Shown: positions 1 through 13,016, counted from the stretch's first letter. The stretch is DNA of 25,968 nt from a virus (IMGVR_UViG_2541047695_000005:1-25968); one strand, 5' to 3'. The notes: a model not told the origin generated them from the letters alone. A program made the numbers and translations.

Positions 1-90
1 CGGGTTCGCATAAGGGTCGCCGCTCCCGTTATAAACCCACAGGGTGGTTCCGGCACCTTTCACCGGTATTGCTGGATTTGGTACAGGCAT
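1..90 (-). CDS. V: major tail protein V, 5' part only (gene runs off the window start)
   Basis: Reverse complement of 1-90 starts with ATG and reads [30 protein letters not shown], matching the lambda gpV N-terminus as I recall it; it starts 8 nt after the U stop, as in lambda. Confidence 0.8.
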   Translation of the reverse strand, partial: MPVPNPAIPVKGAGTTLWVYNGSGDPYANP

Positions 91-97
91 ATCGTCC

Positions 98-493
98 TCA
101 CATTTCATAGGTAATGACATAAGTCAGATCGGCAGAACTCCACAGGCCCGCATCATCGTCGCGCCGGTAGTCATAGCCACTGGCCACCATACTGGTGATC
201 AAATCTGACAGTGCCGGGATATCGCTCATCACCGGATAAATCCGGGACTCCATCCACGAATCCAGCTCTGAATCCGGCACCTGAGCAGGCAGGAAAACTT
301 CGATATGCAGCTCCGCCTGCCAGGTATCGCTGTCCAGCTCTTCGCCCGTGTATTCAGCGCCGGTGAGATAAACGGCAACTGCCGGAAAATCCGCCTCATC
401 AAAAACAGCGGGGCGACCATCAAAAAGCGTCGCCCCGGTGTCATGCTTCTCCAGTGCATCCAGTACGGCTGCACGGAGTTCAGTATGTTTCAT
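98..493 (-). CDS. U: tail terminator protein U
   Basis: 131-aa ORF, same length as lambda gpU and in the lambda position between Z and V; 4-nt overlap with Z as in lambda. Confidence 0.85.
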   Translation of the reverse strand: MKHTELRAAVLDALEKHDTGATLFDGRPAVFDEADFPAVAVYLTGAEYTGEELDSDTWQAELHIEVFLPAQVPDSELDSWMESRIYPVMSDIPALSDLITSMVASGYDYRRDDDAGLWSSADLTYVITYEM

Positions 494-1068
494 CGCTTTA
501 TTACCATTCTCAGTTGATGCTGCAGCGCATAGCCCAGCTCTTTCGGAAGACGTTCACGCCGTATCCGTTCAATATTCTGTTTAAACGCCGTGGTCAGCGG
601 CACCGCCATCGGGATTTTCACCACATCAATGGGGTAACGGTTTTTCCCGGCCACACGATGCATGACATGCCAGCGGCCATTTTTCAGTTGCTGAATAAAC
701 GCGCCGGGAATACGACGGTTTCCCACCACAAGCACGCTGCCGCCACCTTTCAGGGCTGAACGCTGCCCCTTTTTACGACGCCTGCGTCGGGACAGGACAA
801 TCCGCGCGTTACCCAGCTTTATTACGGGCAAATCCCCCCGGTTAACCCTGATTCTGGCCTGCGGATTTTTGACCGTGGCCCTTTTCAGCCTGGCCCTTTC
901 CTTTACCAGTTTCCGGCGTACCTTTGTCTCACGGGCAACCTGTGACGCCGACTGCGATATCGCGGATGAAGCAACGCGGTTAATGGCCATTGCGGCGGCA
1001 CCAGGCACCGCCGTTTTGCTGATACGGCTGAGGTTTTCAACGGCCTGCTCAAGACCTTTTATGGCCAT
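490..1068 (-). CDS. Z: head-tail joining / tail completion protein Z
   Basis: 192-aa ORF, identical in length and position to lambda gpZ; basic RRRRRKKG stretch. Confidence 0.85.
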   Translation of the reverse strand: MAIKGLEQAVENLSRISKTAVPGAAAMAINRVASSAISQSASQVARETKVRRKLVKERARLKRATVKNPQARIRVNRGDLPVIKLGNARIVLSRRRRRKKGQRSALKGGGSVLVVGNRRIPGAFIQQLKNGRWHVMHRVAGKNRYPIDVVKIPMAVPLTTAFKQNIERIRRERLPKELGYALQHQLRMVIKR

Positions 1069-1079
1069 ACATCCCCCTT

Positions 1080-1433
1080 TCAGCGGCGACGGTTAACGGC
1101 AGGCGGTACGCCCCGCCCAAGCCAGAGATGACAGCTTCCACCATCATCCGGCGAAATCCGGTCTATCCAGAAGTTTTCCTCACCGATGGTCAGCGTGTCG
1201 CCGCGCCGCAGCTGCCGCACATCATCAGTCCGGACAAACAGGGACGGGCTGGAGCCTTCAACGCGTACGCCCTGTCCGGCATAGCTGATATTTTCAGGGT
1301 CATCAAAAACACCACGTATTACTGCGCCGGACTGCTCACCGGATGTCATGGTGGCTGACGTTCCCATGTACCCGCGTATCGTTTCATCGGCGCGGGCAAT
1401 GGCAGCATCGAACAGGTTATCGAAATCAGCCAC
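1080..1433 (-). CDS. FII: head-tail connector protein FII
   Basis: 117-aa ORF, same length and position as lambda gpFII. Confidence 0.85.
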   Translation of the reverse strand: MADFDNLFDAAIARADETIRGYMGTSATMTSGEQSGAVIRGVFDDPENISYAGQGVRVEGSSPSLFVRTDDVRQLRRGDTLTIGEENFWIDRISPDDGGSCHLWLGRGVPPAVNRRR

Positions 1434-1444
1434 AGCGCCTCCCG

Positions 1445-1840
1445 TTATTGCATTCTGGCCAGGCCACGTTCTGTCATTTCGGCTGCTACACCGGCAGAGA
1501 CACGAAACGCCGTTCCCGGCAGCACAAATGCCACAGGTTCATCCCGCGTGGCGTGAAGTGCATCGGTATGCAGCGTCACCAGTGCCACAACCGTGACCAG
1601 AGCAGCCGTATCAGTCACGGTATCCGTCTGTGCTGATACCACCTCATTTTCATGTCCGGTCAGCGCATTTTCCGGTCTGAGAGGGGTATCCTGACCGGCA
1701 GCGTCATCCGTGTCATCAAGCTCCTCTTCCAGCTCTGCCACACGGAGCGCCAGTTCTTCTTTCGTCCCCGTCAGGCTGACATCACGGTTCAGTTGCTCAC
1801 CCAGCGACCGGAGACGGACAATCAGTTCATCTTTCGTCAT
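1445..1840 (-). CDS. FI: DNA-packaging/head accessory protein FI
   Basis: Internal ATG (residue 14 of the 144-aa track ORF) gives MTKDELIVRLRSLGEQLNRDVSLTGTKEELALRVAEL..., the lambda gpFI sequence; the 41-nt gap to the E stop equals the lambda spacing. The upstream in-frame extension is probably not translated. Confidence 0.85.
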   Translation of the reverse strand: MTKDELIVRLRSLGEQLNRDVSLTGTKEELALRVAELEEELDDTDDAAGQDTPLRPENALTGHENEVVSAQTDTVTDTAALVTVVALVTLHTDALHATRDEPVAFVLPGTAFRVSAGVAAEMTERGLARMQ

Positions 1841-1881
1841 GGACTCCTCCACAGAGAGAAAATGGCCCCGAAGGGCCACGA

Positions 1882-2907
1882 TTACGCCAGTTGTACGGAC
1901 ACGAACTCATCAGGGTCAGCCAGCAGCATCAGCGGTGCTGACTGAATCATGGTGAACTCACGCGCCGGATCGCCGGTGGTCACCCAGTTTTTCGGGTAAC
2001 GGGCAGAGGAGTTAATGCCTTCGCGCTGTGCGTCCGCATCCTGAATGCAGCCATAGGTGCGCAGACCGCGTGCCTGAGTGTTCCCCAGTACCATCGTGTT
2101 GTCCGGCAGGAAGTTCTTTTTGACGCCGTTTTCCACGTACTGACCGGAATACACGACGATGGCCACATCGCCATACATCCCCTTATAGGACACCGCTTTA
2201 CCCAGGTCTTTCACCGCTGTCTCCAGCTCGGAATGAGAGCCGCGACGGGTATCCAGCTTCTCCTTGACGGCTTTGAAGGAACGGAACAGCGCCCAGCCTT
2301 TCGGATCAAACACGATGATATTCACCACACCGCTGGCGTTCAGCGCGTAGGCTTCGATATCGTCGGTCGGGTCATACGTGGACTTGTCGCGCTTGCTCCA
2401 CTCCGTGCCACCGGACTGTGTGATGTTGTTCGCCGCACTGCGCCCCATATCCACCTCAACCGGATCAAAGGCTTCACCGGTCATGGTGTATTTGCCCTTA
2501 AGCACGGCAGAAACGGCCTGCATCTCTTCGACCTGGGCAATGGCCAGCTCTTCATCACGCATGTTCTGCATGATGATGCGACGGCGGCGGTAAGCCGGGT
2601 CCGCCAGATTCTGCGGATCTTCATCCGGCAGGCGACGCAGGGTCATCTGCGGATTCACCTCATGCTTCGGCTTGACATATCCCGGCGTAAATTCAGAGGT
2701 GGAGCCGCCACGGGAACGGATAACCTCACCGGAAACAATCGGCGAAACGTACAGCGCCATGTTTACCAGTCCCGGAATTTGTGAGAGATAGACTTTCTCC
2801 GTGGTGAAGGGATAGCTCTCACGGAAAAAGAGACGCAGAAACAGCGGATCAAACTTAAATTTCTGCTCATTTGCCGCCAGCAGTTGGGCGGTTGTGTACA
2901 TCGACAT
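1882..2907 (-). CDS. E: major capsid protein E
   Basis: Internal ATG (residue 10 of the track ORF) gives MSMYTTAQLLAANEQKFKFDPLFLRLFF..., 341 aa, matching lambda gpE in sequence and length. Confidence 0.95.
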   Translation of the reverse strand: MSMYTTAQLLAANEQKFKFDPLFLRLFFRESYPFTTEKVYLSQIPGLVNMALYVSPIVSGEVIRSRGGSTSEFTPGYVKPKHEVNPQMTLRRLPDEDPQNLADPAYRRRRIIMQNMRDEELAIAQVEEMQAVSAVLKGKYTMTGEAFDPVEVDMGRSAANNITQSGGTEWSKRDKSTYDPTDDIEAYALNASGVVNIIVFDPKGWALFRSFKAVKEKLDTRRGSHSELETAVKDLGKAVSYKGMYGDVAIVVYSGQYVENGVKKNFLPDNTMVLGNTQARGLRTYGCIQDADAQREGINSSARYPKNWVTTGDPAREFTMIQSAPLMLLADPDEFVSVQLA

Positions 2908-2962
2908 AAAAAAATCCCGTAAAAAAAGCCGCACAGGCGGCCTTTAGTGATGAAGGGTAAAG

Positions 2963-3295
2963 TTAAACGATGCTGATTGCCGTTCCGGCAAACGCGGTCC
3001 GTTTTTTCGTCTCGTCGCTGGCAGCCTCCGGCCAGAGCACATCCTCATAACGGAACGTGCCGGACTTGTAGAACGTCAGCGTGGTGCTGGTCTGGTCAGC
3101 AGCAACCGCCAGAATGCCAACGGCAGCACCGTCGGTGGTGCCATCCCACGCAACCAGCTTACGGGTGGCGGTGTCCAGCATCAGCGGGGTCATTGCAGGC
3201 GCTTTCGCACTCAATCCGCCGGGCGCGGTTGCGGTATGAGCCGGGTCACTGTTGCCCAGCGGCTGGTAATGGGTAAAGGTTTCTTTGCTCGTCAT
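2963..3295 (-). CDS. D: head decoration protein D
   Basis: From the third codon of the track ORF: [27 protein letters not shown]..., 110 aa, matching lambda gpD; 9-nt gap after the C stop as in lambda. Confidence 0.9.
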   Translation of the reverse strand: MTSKETFTHYQPLGNSDPAHTATAPGGLSAKAPAMTPLMLDTATRKLVAWDGTTDGAAVGILAVAADQTSTTLTFYKSGTFRYEDVLWPEAASDETKKRTAFAGTAISIV

Positions 3296-3304
3296 AAACA
3301 TCCC

Positions 3305-3910
3305 TTACACTGGTGTGTTCAGCAAATCGTTAACGGCATCAGATGCCGGGTTACCTGCAGCCAGCGGTGCCGGTGCCCCCTGCATCAGACGATCCAGCGC
3401 AGTGTCACTGCGCGCCTGTGCACTCTGTGGTGCTGCGGCCAGAATTCGGCGGGCCGTTTCCACGGTCATACCGGGAGTTTCTGCCAGCACGCGAGCCTGT
3501 TCTTCGCGTCCGTGAGCCTCCTCACAGTTGAGGATCCCCATAATGCGGCTGTTTTCTGCCGCAACCGCTGCGGTGATCTGCGCGTTCACGTCTGGCTGCG
3601 CCGCGCTGGCGTTTTCACCCTCCGTCGCTGGCACCACGTCAGTAACGTCAGCCTGCAAAGCAGTGGCTGAAACAGTTGTTGATTGAGTCTCTTTGGTCAT
3701 TCGCCCTCCTGAGAGACGGGATTTACGTGCATCCAGTGCATCACGCATGACGGTGATCGCATCGGTGCTGTTAACAAGTTCATCAGCCAGTCCGGCATCA
3801 ATGGCCTCCTGACCGCTGTACACTGCTGCCTCGGTATCCAGCACAGCCTGCACGGACAGGCCGGTATATGCCGACACCTTCTGTGCAAACATCCGGCGGG
3901 TTGCATCCAT
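3305..3910 (-). CDS. Nu3: scaffolding protein Nu3 (in-frame internal start within C)
   Basis: Internal ATG at residue 284 of the track ORF (MDATRRMFAQKVSAY...), same frame and stop as C; position is identical to lambda Nu3 relative to C. Confidence 0.7.
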   Translation of the reverse strand: MDATRRMFAQKVSAYTGLSVQAVLDTEAAVYSGQEAIDAGLADELVNSTDAITVMRDALDARKSRLSGGRMTKETQSTTVSATALQADVTDVVPATEGENASAAQPDVNAQITAAVAAENSRIMGILNCEEAHGREEQARVLAETPGMTVETARRILAAAPQSAQARSDTALDRLMQGAPAPLAAGNPASDAVNDLLNTPV

Positions 3911-4604
3911 CCGGGACTGCAGTGTTTCCCGGACATCATCCGGTAGATGGCTGTAGGGGTTGCCATCCACCTTATGGCTGCCGCTGTAAATCAGCGTGAT
4001 TTCCACGCCCTGTTTCTCCAGCGCAGCACCGTAATTACTGTGAGCCATCATGACGCCGATGGAGCCTGTCCGGGCGGTCTGCGTGACCAGACGTCGGGAG
4101 GCGGCGCTGGCAAGCAACTGACCTGCACTGCAGTTCATGTCGTTGGCCAGCGCCCATACCGGCTTTATGTCACGCACACGGGCGATGATGTCAGCGCAGT
4201 CAAATGCCCCTGCCACCATCCCGCCTGGCGTATCCATATCGAGCAGAATGCCGTCCACCATCGGGTCGCTGGCAGCCTGTTGCAGACGGGCGATAATGCC
4301 GTTGTAACCGGTCATCCCCGAATACGGCTGCAGCGCTCGCGTCCGACTGACCAGCGTGCCGGACACCGGCAGCACGGCGATGCCGTTCATGACCTGATAA
4401 CTGCGGGCCTGTCGTGGTCCGTCATCATCAACGGATAACGCCAGCGCCGCGGGTGCCTCTCCGGCAGTCAGGCTGTCGCCGGATACCGCATCCGTCAGGC
4501 GGCTGATCCCAAGCTGGCCTGCAAGCGCACAAAAGAAAACCCGCGCATAGGCGGGTTCAAGCATCAGCGGCTCATTAAAGGCCATACTGGCAATATGCGG
4601 GAGA

Positions 4605-4624
<20 letters not shown>
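3305..4624 (-). CDS. C: head maturation protease / scaffold protein C (S49-type peptidase)
   Basis: GTG start at residue 46 of the 484-aa track ORF (VTAELRNLPHIASMAFNEPLMLEPAYARVFF...) gives 439 aa, the lambda gpC length; the 20-nt overlap with B matches lambda. Confidence 0.85.
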
Positions 4625-8305
<3,681 letters not shown>

Positions 8306-8331
<26 letters not shown>

Positions 8332-8851
8332 TCAGCAACCCCGGTATCAGTTCATCCAGCGCGGCTGCTTTGTTCATGGCTTTGATGATATCCCGTTTCA
8401 GGAAATCAACATGTCGGTTTTCCAGTTCCGGAAAACGCCGCTGCACCGACAGGGGGATCCCGTCGAGAATACTGGCAATTTCACCTGCGATCCGCGACAG
8501 CACGAAAGTACAGAATGCGGTTTCCACCACTTCAGCGGAGTCTCTGGCATTTTTCAGCTCCTGTGCGTCGGCCTGCGCACGCGTAAGTCGATGGCGTTCG
8601 TACTCAATAGTCCCTGGCTGGAGATCTGTCTCGCTGGCCTGCCGCAGTTCTTCAACTTCCCGGCGCAGCTTTTCGTTCTCAATTTCAGCATCCCTTTCGG
8701 CATACCATTTTATGACGGCGGCAGAGTCATAAAGCACCTCATTACCCTTGCCACCGCCTCGCAGAACGGGCATTCCCTGTTCCTGCCAGTTCTGAATGGT
8801 ACGGATACTCGCACCGAAAATGTCAGCCAGCTGCTTTTTGTTGACTTCCAT
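8306..8851 (-). CDS. Nu1: terminase small subunit Nu1
   Basis: 181-aa ORF MEVNKKQLADIFGASIRTIQNWQEQGMPVLRGGGKGNEVLYDSAAVIKWYAERD..., matching lambda Nu1; overlaps the A start as in lambda. Confidence 0.95.
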
Positions 8852-9100
8852 TGTTCATTCCACGGACAAAAACAGAGAAAGGAAACGACAGAGGCCAAAA
8901 AGCTCGCTTTCAGCACCTGTCGTTTCCTTTCTTTTCAGAGGGTATTTTAAATAAAAACATTAAGTTATGACGAAGAAGAACAGAAACGCCTTAAACCGGA
9001 AAATTTTCATAAATAGCGAAAACCCGCGAGGTCGCCGCCCCGTAACCTGTCGGATCGCCGGAAAGGACCCGCAAAATGATAATAATTATCATCTATATGT
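8852..9100. other. cos: cos site (cosB - cosN with 12-nt cohesive end at about 9030-9041 - cosQ)
   Basis: The reverse complement of about 8852-9041 reproduces the lambda left end (GGGCGGCGACCTCGCGGGTTTTCGCTATTTATGAAAATTTTCCGG...); the sequence after about 9041 matches the lambda right end (...CGACAGGTTACG). The two ends are therefore joined here. Confidence 0.85.
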
Positions 9101-9239
9101 CACAACGTGCATCTACGCCATCAAACCACGTCAAATAATCAATTATGACGCAGGTATCGTATTAATTGATCTGCATCAACTTAACGTAAAAACAACTTCA
9201 GACAATACAAATCAGCGACACTGAATACGGGGCAACCTC

Positions 9240-9473
9240 ATGTCAACGAAGAACAAAACCCGCAGAACAACAACCCGCAACATCCGCTTTCCTAACCAAA
9301 TGATTGAACAAATTAACATCGCTCTTGATCAAAAAGGGTCCGGGAATTTCTCAGCCTGGGTCATTGAAGCCTGCCGCCGGAGACTGTGCTCAGAAAAAAG
9401 AGTTTCTCCTGAAGCAAACAAAGAAAAGAGTGACATTACTGAATTGCTCAGAAAACAGGTCAGACCAGATTGA
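9240..9473 (+). CDS. small ribbon-helix-helix-like DNA-binding protein (putative)
   Basis: 77-aa ORF with a basic N-terminus, then a strand-helix-loop-helix pattern (RNIRFPNQMIEQINIALDQKGSGNFSAWVIEACRRRL) typical of Arc/MetJ/CopG-type RHH proteins; opposite orientation to the late operon. Confidence 0.45.
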   Translation: MSTKNKTRRTTTRNIRFPNQMIEQINIALDQKGSGNFSAWVIEACRRRLCSEKRVSPEANKEKSDITELLRKQVRPD

Positions 9474-9530
9474 AGCAATTTAGATAATCGTGCAGACTAC
9501 GCCCCCTCATATCACATGGAAGGTTTATCT

Positions 9531-9941
9531 ATGGATCAGGTAGTCATTTTTAAACAAATATTTGATAAAGTTCGAAACGATTTAAACTATCAATGGTTTT
9601 ATTCTGAGCTAAAACGTCACAATGTCTCACATTACATTTACTATTTAGCCACAGAGAATGTTCATATTGTATTAAAAAATGATAATACAGTGTTATTAAA
9701 GGGCCTAAAAAACATTGTGTCTGTCAAATTTTCAAAGGATAGGCATCTTATAGAAACGACCTCTAATAAGCTGAAATCCAGAGAGATCACATTTCAGGAA
9801 TACAGAAGAAACCTTGCTAAAGCAGGAGTTTTTCGGTGGGTTACAAATATCCACGAACAAAAAAGATATTACTATACCTTTGATAATTCATTACTCTTTA
9901 CTGAAAACATACAGAGCACATCACAAATGTTTCCACACTAA
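9531..9941 (+). CDS. DUF1398 (YbcV/YdfO-like) family protein, putative
   Basis: Second ATG of the track ORF has the better RBS (GGAAGG, 7-nt spacing); the C-terminal AGVFRWV motif and the cos-proximal position resemble the YbcV/YdfO family of K-12 lambdoid prophages. Assigned from memory. Confidence 0.45.
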   Translation: MDQVVIFKQIFDKVRNDLNYQWFYSELKRHNVSHYIYYLATENVHIVLKNDNTVLLKGLKNIVSVKFSKDRHLIETTSNKLKSREITFQEYRRNLAKAGVFRWVTNIHEQKRYYYTFDNSLLFTENIQSTSQMFPH

Positions 9942-10243
9942 ACCATAACGTCCGGTTTCTTCTACCCCTGCACCGGACTGGCTGACATGAAGAGCAACCC
10001 CGCGTTCAGTTGACACGTTAATAACCCGGTGTGCATCGTTTTTGATTATTCCCGCACACTCACGCAGAAGGAATTCCCCGTCGGGCTACGGTCATGGTTA
10101 ATGCGGGAATACGGCGACGATACAGCGCATGATGTGTCAGGCTTGAATACCTTTATCCGTTAAAAGGGATATCAGTTAAGTTATCCCGTGCAGGGTATAA
10201 GCCATTATCAAGCCCCCCGTAGATAGGCTTTGTAATGACATCT

Positions 10244-10768
10244 TCAATTAATCAGCAGTTCAGGCTGTGTCACCTGCAAGATGTATTCATGCTCGACAGC
10301 CAGGACACGCTTCTCTTTCTTCCGTTCGTTCATTAACCGACTGCCGATCGTACCTTTCAGCTTTGAGCGTGTTTCTTTGGTGGCGTAGCGGTGCTGCATT
10401 TCTTCGCCAATTGCCATGCGGCGGCTCAGTTGCTCTGCCATCCAGTTGAATGCTGCGATATAGCTCTCCTTGATTGCCGCAGCAGCTTTCCCGGTGAACC
10501 CCATCACAACCATGATCCAGCCATCTTTCGTCAGGCTGTACATCGGGCGAACCTTGCCCTGCTCATCGATATAATCAGCCGACGCAAAATTGCGTTGGCT
10601 AAACTCACGCGAGCAATCAGCCTTAACCTGCTCGATTTTCCTGAGAACATCACCGTGTCGCTTGCCGAAGTACTTGGCAATTTTTCTGGATGTGGTAACG
10701 ACCTCTCCGTTTTTGGCTTGCACCATTTCTCGGAAGTCGAAGGCTGGAATAACTGAATGATTATTCAT
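10244..10768 (-). CDS. Rha-family phage regulatory protein (antirepressor-like)
   Basis: Internal ATG (residue 82 of the track ORF) preceded by AAAGGTAAAG; the N-terminus MNNHSVIPAFDFREMVQAKNGEVVTTSRKIAKYFGKRHGDVLRKI fits the Rha N-terminal pattern (GE..TTSR.IA..FGKRH..VLR.I). The 81-codon upstream extension looks non-coding. Confidence 0.5.
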   Translation of the reverse strand: MNNHSVIPAFDFREMVQAKNGEVVTTSRKIAKYFGKRHGDVLRKIEQVKADCSREFSQRNFASADYIDEQGKVRPMYSLTKDGWIMVVMGFTGKAAAAIKESYIAAFNWMAEQLSRRMAIGEEMQHRYATKETRSKLKGTIGSRLMNERKKEKRVLAVEHEYILQVTQPELLIN

Positions 10769-10910
10769 AGCGTCTTTACCTTTTAGAAAGTGAGCCTGTC
10801 TCACAGAAAAGCCGCCCGAGAGAGGTCGCCACCTATAACGGCATTTCTCAGGCTCGCTTACTGAAAGGCTCTCGTTAATATGCGCGTGAGATGCGCTGTG
10901 AAATTCAGAT

Positions 10911-10935
10911 ATAAAAAGCCCCGCGAATGCGAGGC
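10911..10935 (-). terminator. intrinsic terminator between Rz/Rz1 and the Rha-like gene
   Basis: Minus strand reads GCCTCGC-ATTC-GCGGGGC followed by TTTTTATAT (7-bp stem with one G-U pair, then a U-tract). Confidence 0.4.
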
Positions 10936-11110
10936 TAAATCCTGGTATTTGTAATGAACTGGCTCTTATCTCAACGCAGCCCCTTACTGCGCGCCAGATG
11001 CTCAATATCAAGCATCAGCAATGAGATGTTTAATCTGGATTTACTCCAGAAGTGATCACCACCCTGTCTACAGAGCCAGATGTGAAGGATGATGAGTAAA
11101 ATTATTGCTA

Positions 11111-11578
11111 TCATCGAAGGCATTGCGTCCTAATGTATTCCTGAAGCGTTCTCAGTGCTGTTTGGTCGCGGATAATTCCGTCCCGGATATCGAGAACGTT
11201 TCGTCCAGCAACTGGAGAGAGTTCGACGGTGGCATCATTGCCCATGCCGGAGGCGCTGGAGGTTTCGGCTGAGGATGGCACAGGGCATTTTCCTTTGACG
11301 AGCACCCTGCCACCATTATCAAGCTTCCGCAGAAGAGCATCATTTTCAGCTTTCGCATCAGCTAACTCCTTCGTGTATTTTGCATCGAGCGCAGCAACAT
11401 CACGCTGACGCATCTGCATGTCAGTAATTGCCGCGTTCGCCAGCTTCAGTTCTCTGACATTTTTGTCGCGCTGGGCTTTGTAGGTAATGGCGTTATCGCG
11501 GTAATGATTAACAGCCCATGACAGGCAGACGATGGTGCAGATAACCAGAGTATAAATAATCGCTGCGACTCTGCTCAC
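11111..11578 (-). CDS. Rz: i-spanin Rz
   Basis: GTG start (residue 6 of the track ORF) overlaps the lysozyme stop (GTGA); the N-terminal part ...[69 protein letters not shown] closely matches lambda Rz, the C-terminus diverges. Confidence 0.85.
   Translation of the reverse strand: MSRVAAIIYTLVICTIVCLSWAVNHYRDNAITYKAQRDKNVRELKLANAAITDMQMRQRDVAALDAKYTKELADAKAENDALLRKLDNGGRVLVKGKCPVPSSAETSSASGMGNDATVELSPVAGRNVLDIRDGIIRDQTALRTLQEYIRTQCLR
11152..11358 (-). CDS. Rz1: o-spanin Rz1 (lipoprotein, embedded in the +1 frame of Rz)
   Basis: 68-aa ORF wholly inside Rz; signal peptide with lipobox (LIMVAGC) followed by a proline-rich segment ([11 protein letters not shown]), resembling lambda Rz1. Confidence 0.75.
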   Translation of the reverse strand: MRKLKMMLFCGSLIMVAGCSSKENALCHPQPKPPAPPAWAMMPPSNSLQLLDETFSISGTELSATKQH

Positions 11579-12108
11579 TGATCTATCCCCCAACAGGCTA
11601 ATGCGCTTTCCTGGTCACGACGAATAACCTGTCCATAGCAGTTATTTGAACGTATGCGGCAATCGCGCCCACCATCTTTTATCCACCAGCGAATCGCCTC
11701 GCATGCGCCCTTACGATCACCGGCATTCAGCCGCTTATAAAACGTCGACGGGAAACACTTACCGGGGCCAATGTTATAGGGACAGAATGACGCTATACCC
11801 GCTTTCTGTGGTTCGGTCAGTGGTACTTTAATATTGCGCTCCACCCATGCCAGCGCCTTATCACGTTCAATAGCGTTAACCTGGTCGCATTTTTCCTTCG
11901 ACAGCCTCATTCCCGGTATGACGGGCTTACCATCCACCATTGTGGCACCACGACAGATGGTCCATATACCGGAACCATCGCGGTATGCCGTTGTGTGGTT
12001 ACCTTCTTTTTCATCCAGAAACTGGTCGAGAATATCAGGCGCAGGCGCACCGACGGCAATCAGTGCCAGAACGGCAGCCGACAGGCCGTATCTGATTTTT
12101 GCGTTCAT
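11575..12108 (-). CDS. R: SAR endolysin (T4-lysozyme-like glycoside hydrolase, RrrD/RrrQ/R21 type)
   Basis: 177-aa ORF with a Gly/Ala-rich N-terminal hydrophobic segment ([19 protein letters not shown]-like) and the catalytic spacing E-8-D-5-T ([16 protein letters not shown]); strongly resembles the K-12 Qin/DLP12 prophage lysozymes as I recall them. Confidence 0.9.
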   Translation of the reverse strand: MNAKIRYGLSAAVLALIAVGAPAPDILDQFLDEKEGNHTTAYRDGSGIWTICRGATMVDGKPVIPGMRLSKEKCDQVNAIERDKALAWVERNIKVPLTEPQKAGIASFCPYNIGPGKCFPSTFYKRLNAGDRKGACEAIRWWIKDGGRDCRIRSNNCYGQVIRRDQESALACWGIDQ

Positions 12109-12213
12109 GGATATTTATCAGGATTTATCGGTTTCTGAACCCTGGATATGTTTATCTGTCCCGGCCTGTTGAATCAGGCAAGGAATAGTTAAATACAATA
12201 GAGAGGATTGTTT

Positions 12214-12486
12214 ATGGACAATAGCACCATTTCTCTACAGGAGTTGCTCGACTGCATTTCCAAGCTTCGGGATGATGTAAATGCCCTTACTGTCGCATTT
12301 TCATATCTGGCATTCTCAATTCCCAAGGAACAAATGCAACCAACACTGGCATCGCTCCAGCTTGAATCACTCAACCCCAAATGGTCCCAGCAACAACAAA
12401 ATTCTTTCAAGTGGCTGGCGGTATTACTGGAAGAAAAATATGCTGGTGAAATTACCATTTCGGCGGAGTCTTCAGTGAACCAGTAA
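12214..12486 (+). CDS. hypothetical 90-aa protein, opposite strand inside the lysis cassette
   Basis: ATG at 12214 preceded by GAGAGGA at 6-nt spacing; protein-like composition (MDNSTISLQELLDCISKLRDDVNALTVAFSYLAFSIPKEQ...). The antisense ORF 12189..12521 has a Ser/Cys/Trp-rich composition typical of non-coding frames. Confidence 0.4.
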   Translation: MDNSTISLQELLDCISKLRDDVNALTVAFSYLAFSIPKEQMQPTLASLQLESLNPKWSQQQQNSFKWLAVLLEEKYAGEITISAESSVNQ

Positions 12487-12796
12487 TTCTTCCCGGCAGT
12501 TTTCCTTTGTAGGTTATCCACACACCCTGCGCCTCTAAAATTATGGGGCGCTTTTCCGGTGACTGCTCATCCCCTTCACATAACCCGGCAGCAACATCCA
12601 GGAAGACCTGTCTGATGCTCCTTCTGGCTGCTGCCTCATAAAACTCCAGCGCGGCACCTTCAACACGGTCCAGCGAGATGTCCAGGTCTAAAATTTCACC
12701 GTCAAAGCGTTTTTTGTCCCGTAACGCTAAAGTTACCGTAACTTTATTCTCAAAATTGCGGATCCCTTTCACAATCAGTTCATAGTTTTGAGTCAT
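12452..12796 (-). CDS. YdfR-like (DUF1327) protein between holin and endolysin
   Basis: 114-aa ORF MTQNYELIVKGIRNFENKVTVTLALRDKKRFDGEILDLDISLDRVEGAALEFYEAAARRS...; position and N-terminal sequence resemble Qin YdfR; RBS GGAGAG 7 nt upstream. The C-terminal about 35 residues differ and overlap the convergent ORF 12214..12486. Confidence 0.55.
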   Translation of the reverse strand: MTQNYELIVKGIRNFENKVTVTLALRDKKRFDGEILDLDISLDRVEGAALEFYEAAARRSIRQVFLDVAAGLCEGDEQSPEKRPIILEAQGVWITYKGKLPGRITGSLKTPPKW

Positions 12797-12800
12797 TGAA

Positions 12801-13016
12801 TTACTCTCCCCGTGCCGCCTTACGACGGTCCTCTCTGATTTTGAAATACAGGTTAGTCAGATATGTCAGCAGCCCAAACAGCAGACTTCCCAGCACGCCT
12901 ATTGCCGCCCACTGAGACGGGGAAACCCTGTCCAGCAACTGCAGGAACCAGTAGCCCGTTCCCACCGCTGACGTGGTGTATGACACACCTGTTGTGATTT
13001 TTTCCATCTGGTCCAT
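12801..13016 (-). CDS. S: holin/antiholin, phage-21 S-type pinholin with dual start
   Basis: From residue 36 of the track ORF: [71 protein letters not shown], 71 aa; two in-frame Met codons three codons apart (13016 and 13007), two TM helices and a charged C-terminus, near-identical to S21 as I recall it. Confidence 0.85.
   Translation of the reverse strand: MDQMEKITTGVSYTTSAVGTGYWFLQLLDRVSPSQWAAIGVLGSLLFGLLTYLTNLYFKIREDRRKAARGE

Noticed and set aside
10769-11011. 81-codon N-terminal extension of the Rha-like ORF (and similar extensions of E, D, FI, the holin, hok, cro-like and O-like track ORFs)
   Set aside because: Internal start codons with proper RBSs give proteins matching known N-termini; the extensions run through intergenic or upstream-gene sequence.
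12189-12521. 110-aa minus-strand ORF between the endolysin and the YdfR-like gene
   Set aside because: Ser/Cys/Trp-rich, low-complexity composition typical of an antisense frame; the overlapping plus-strand ORF (12214..12486) has a strong RBS and protein-like composition.
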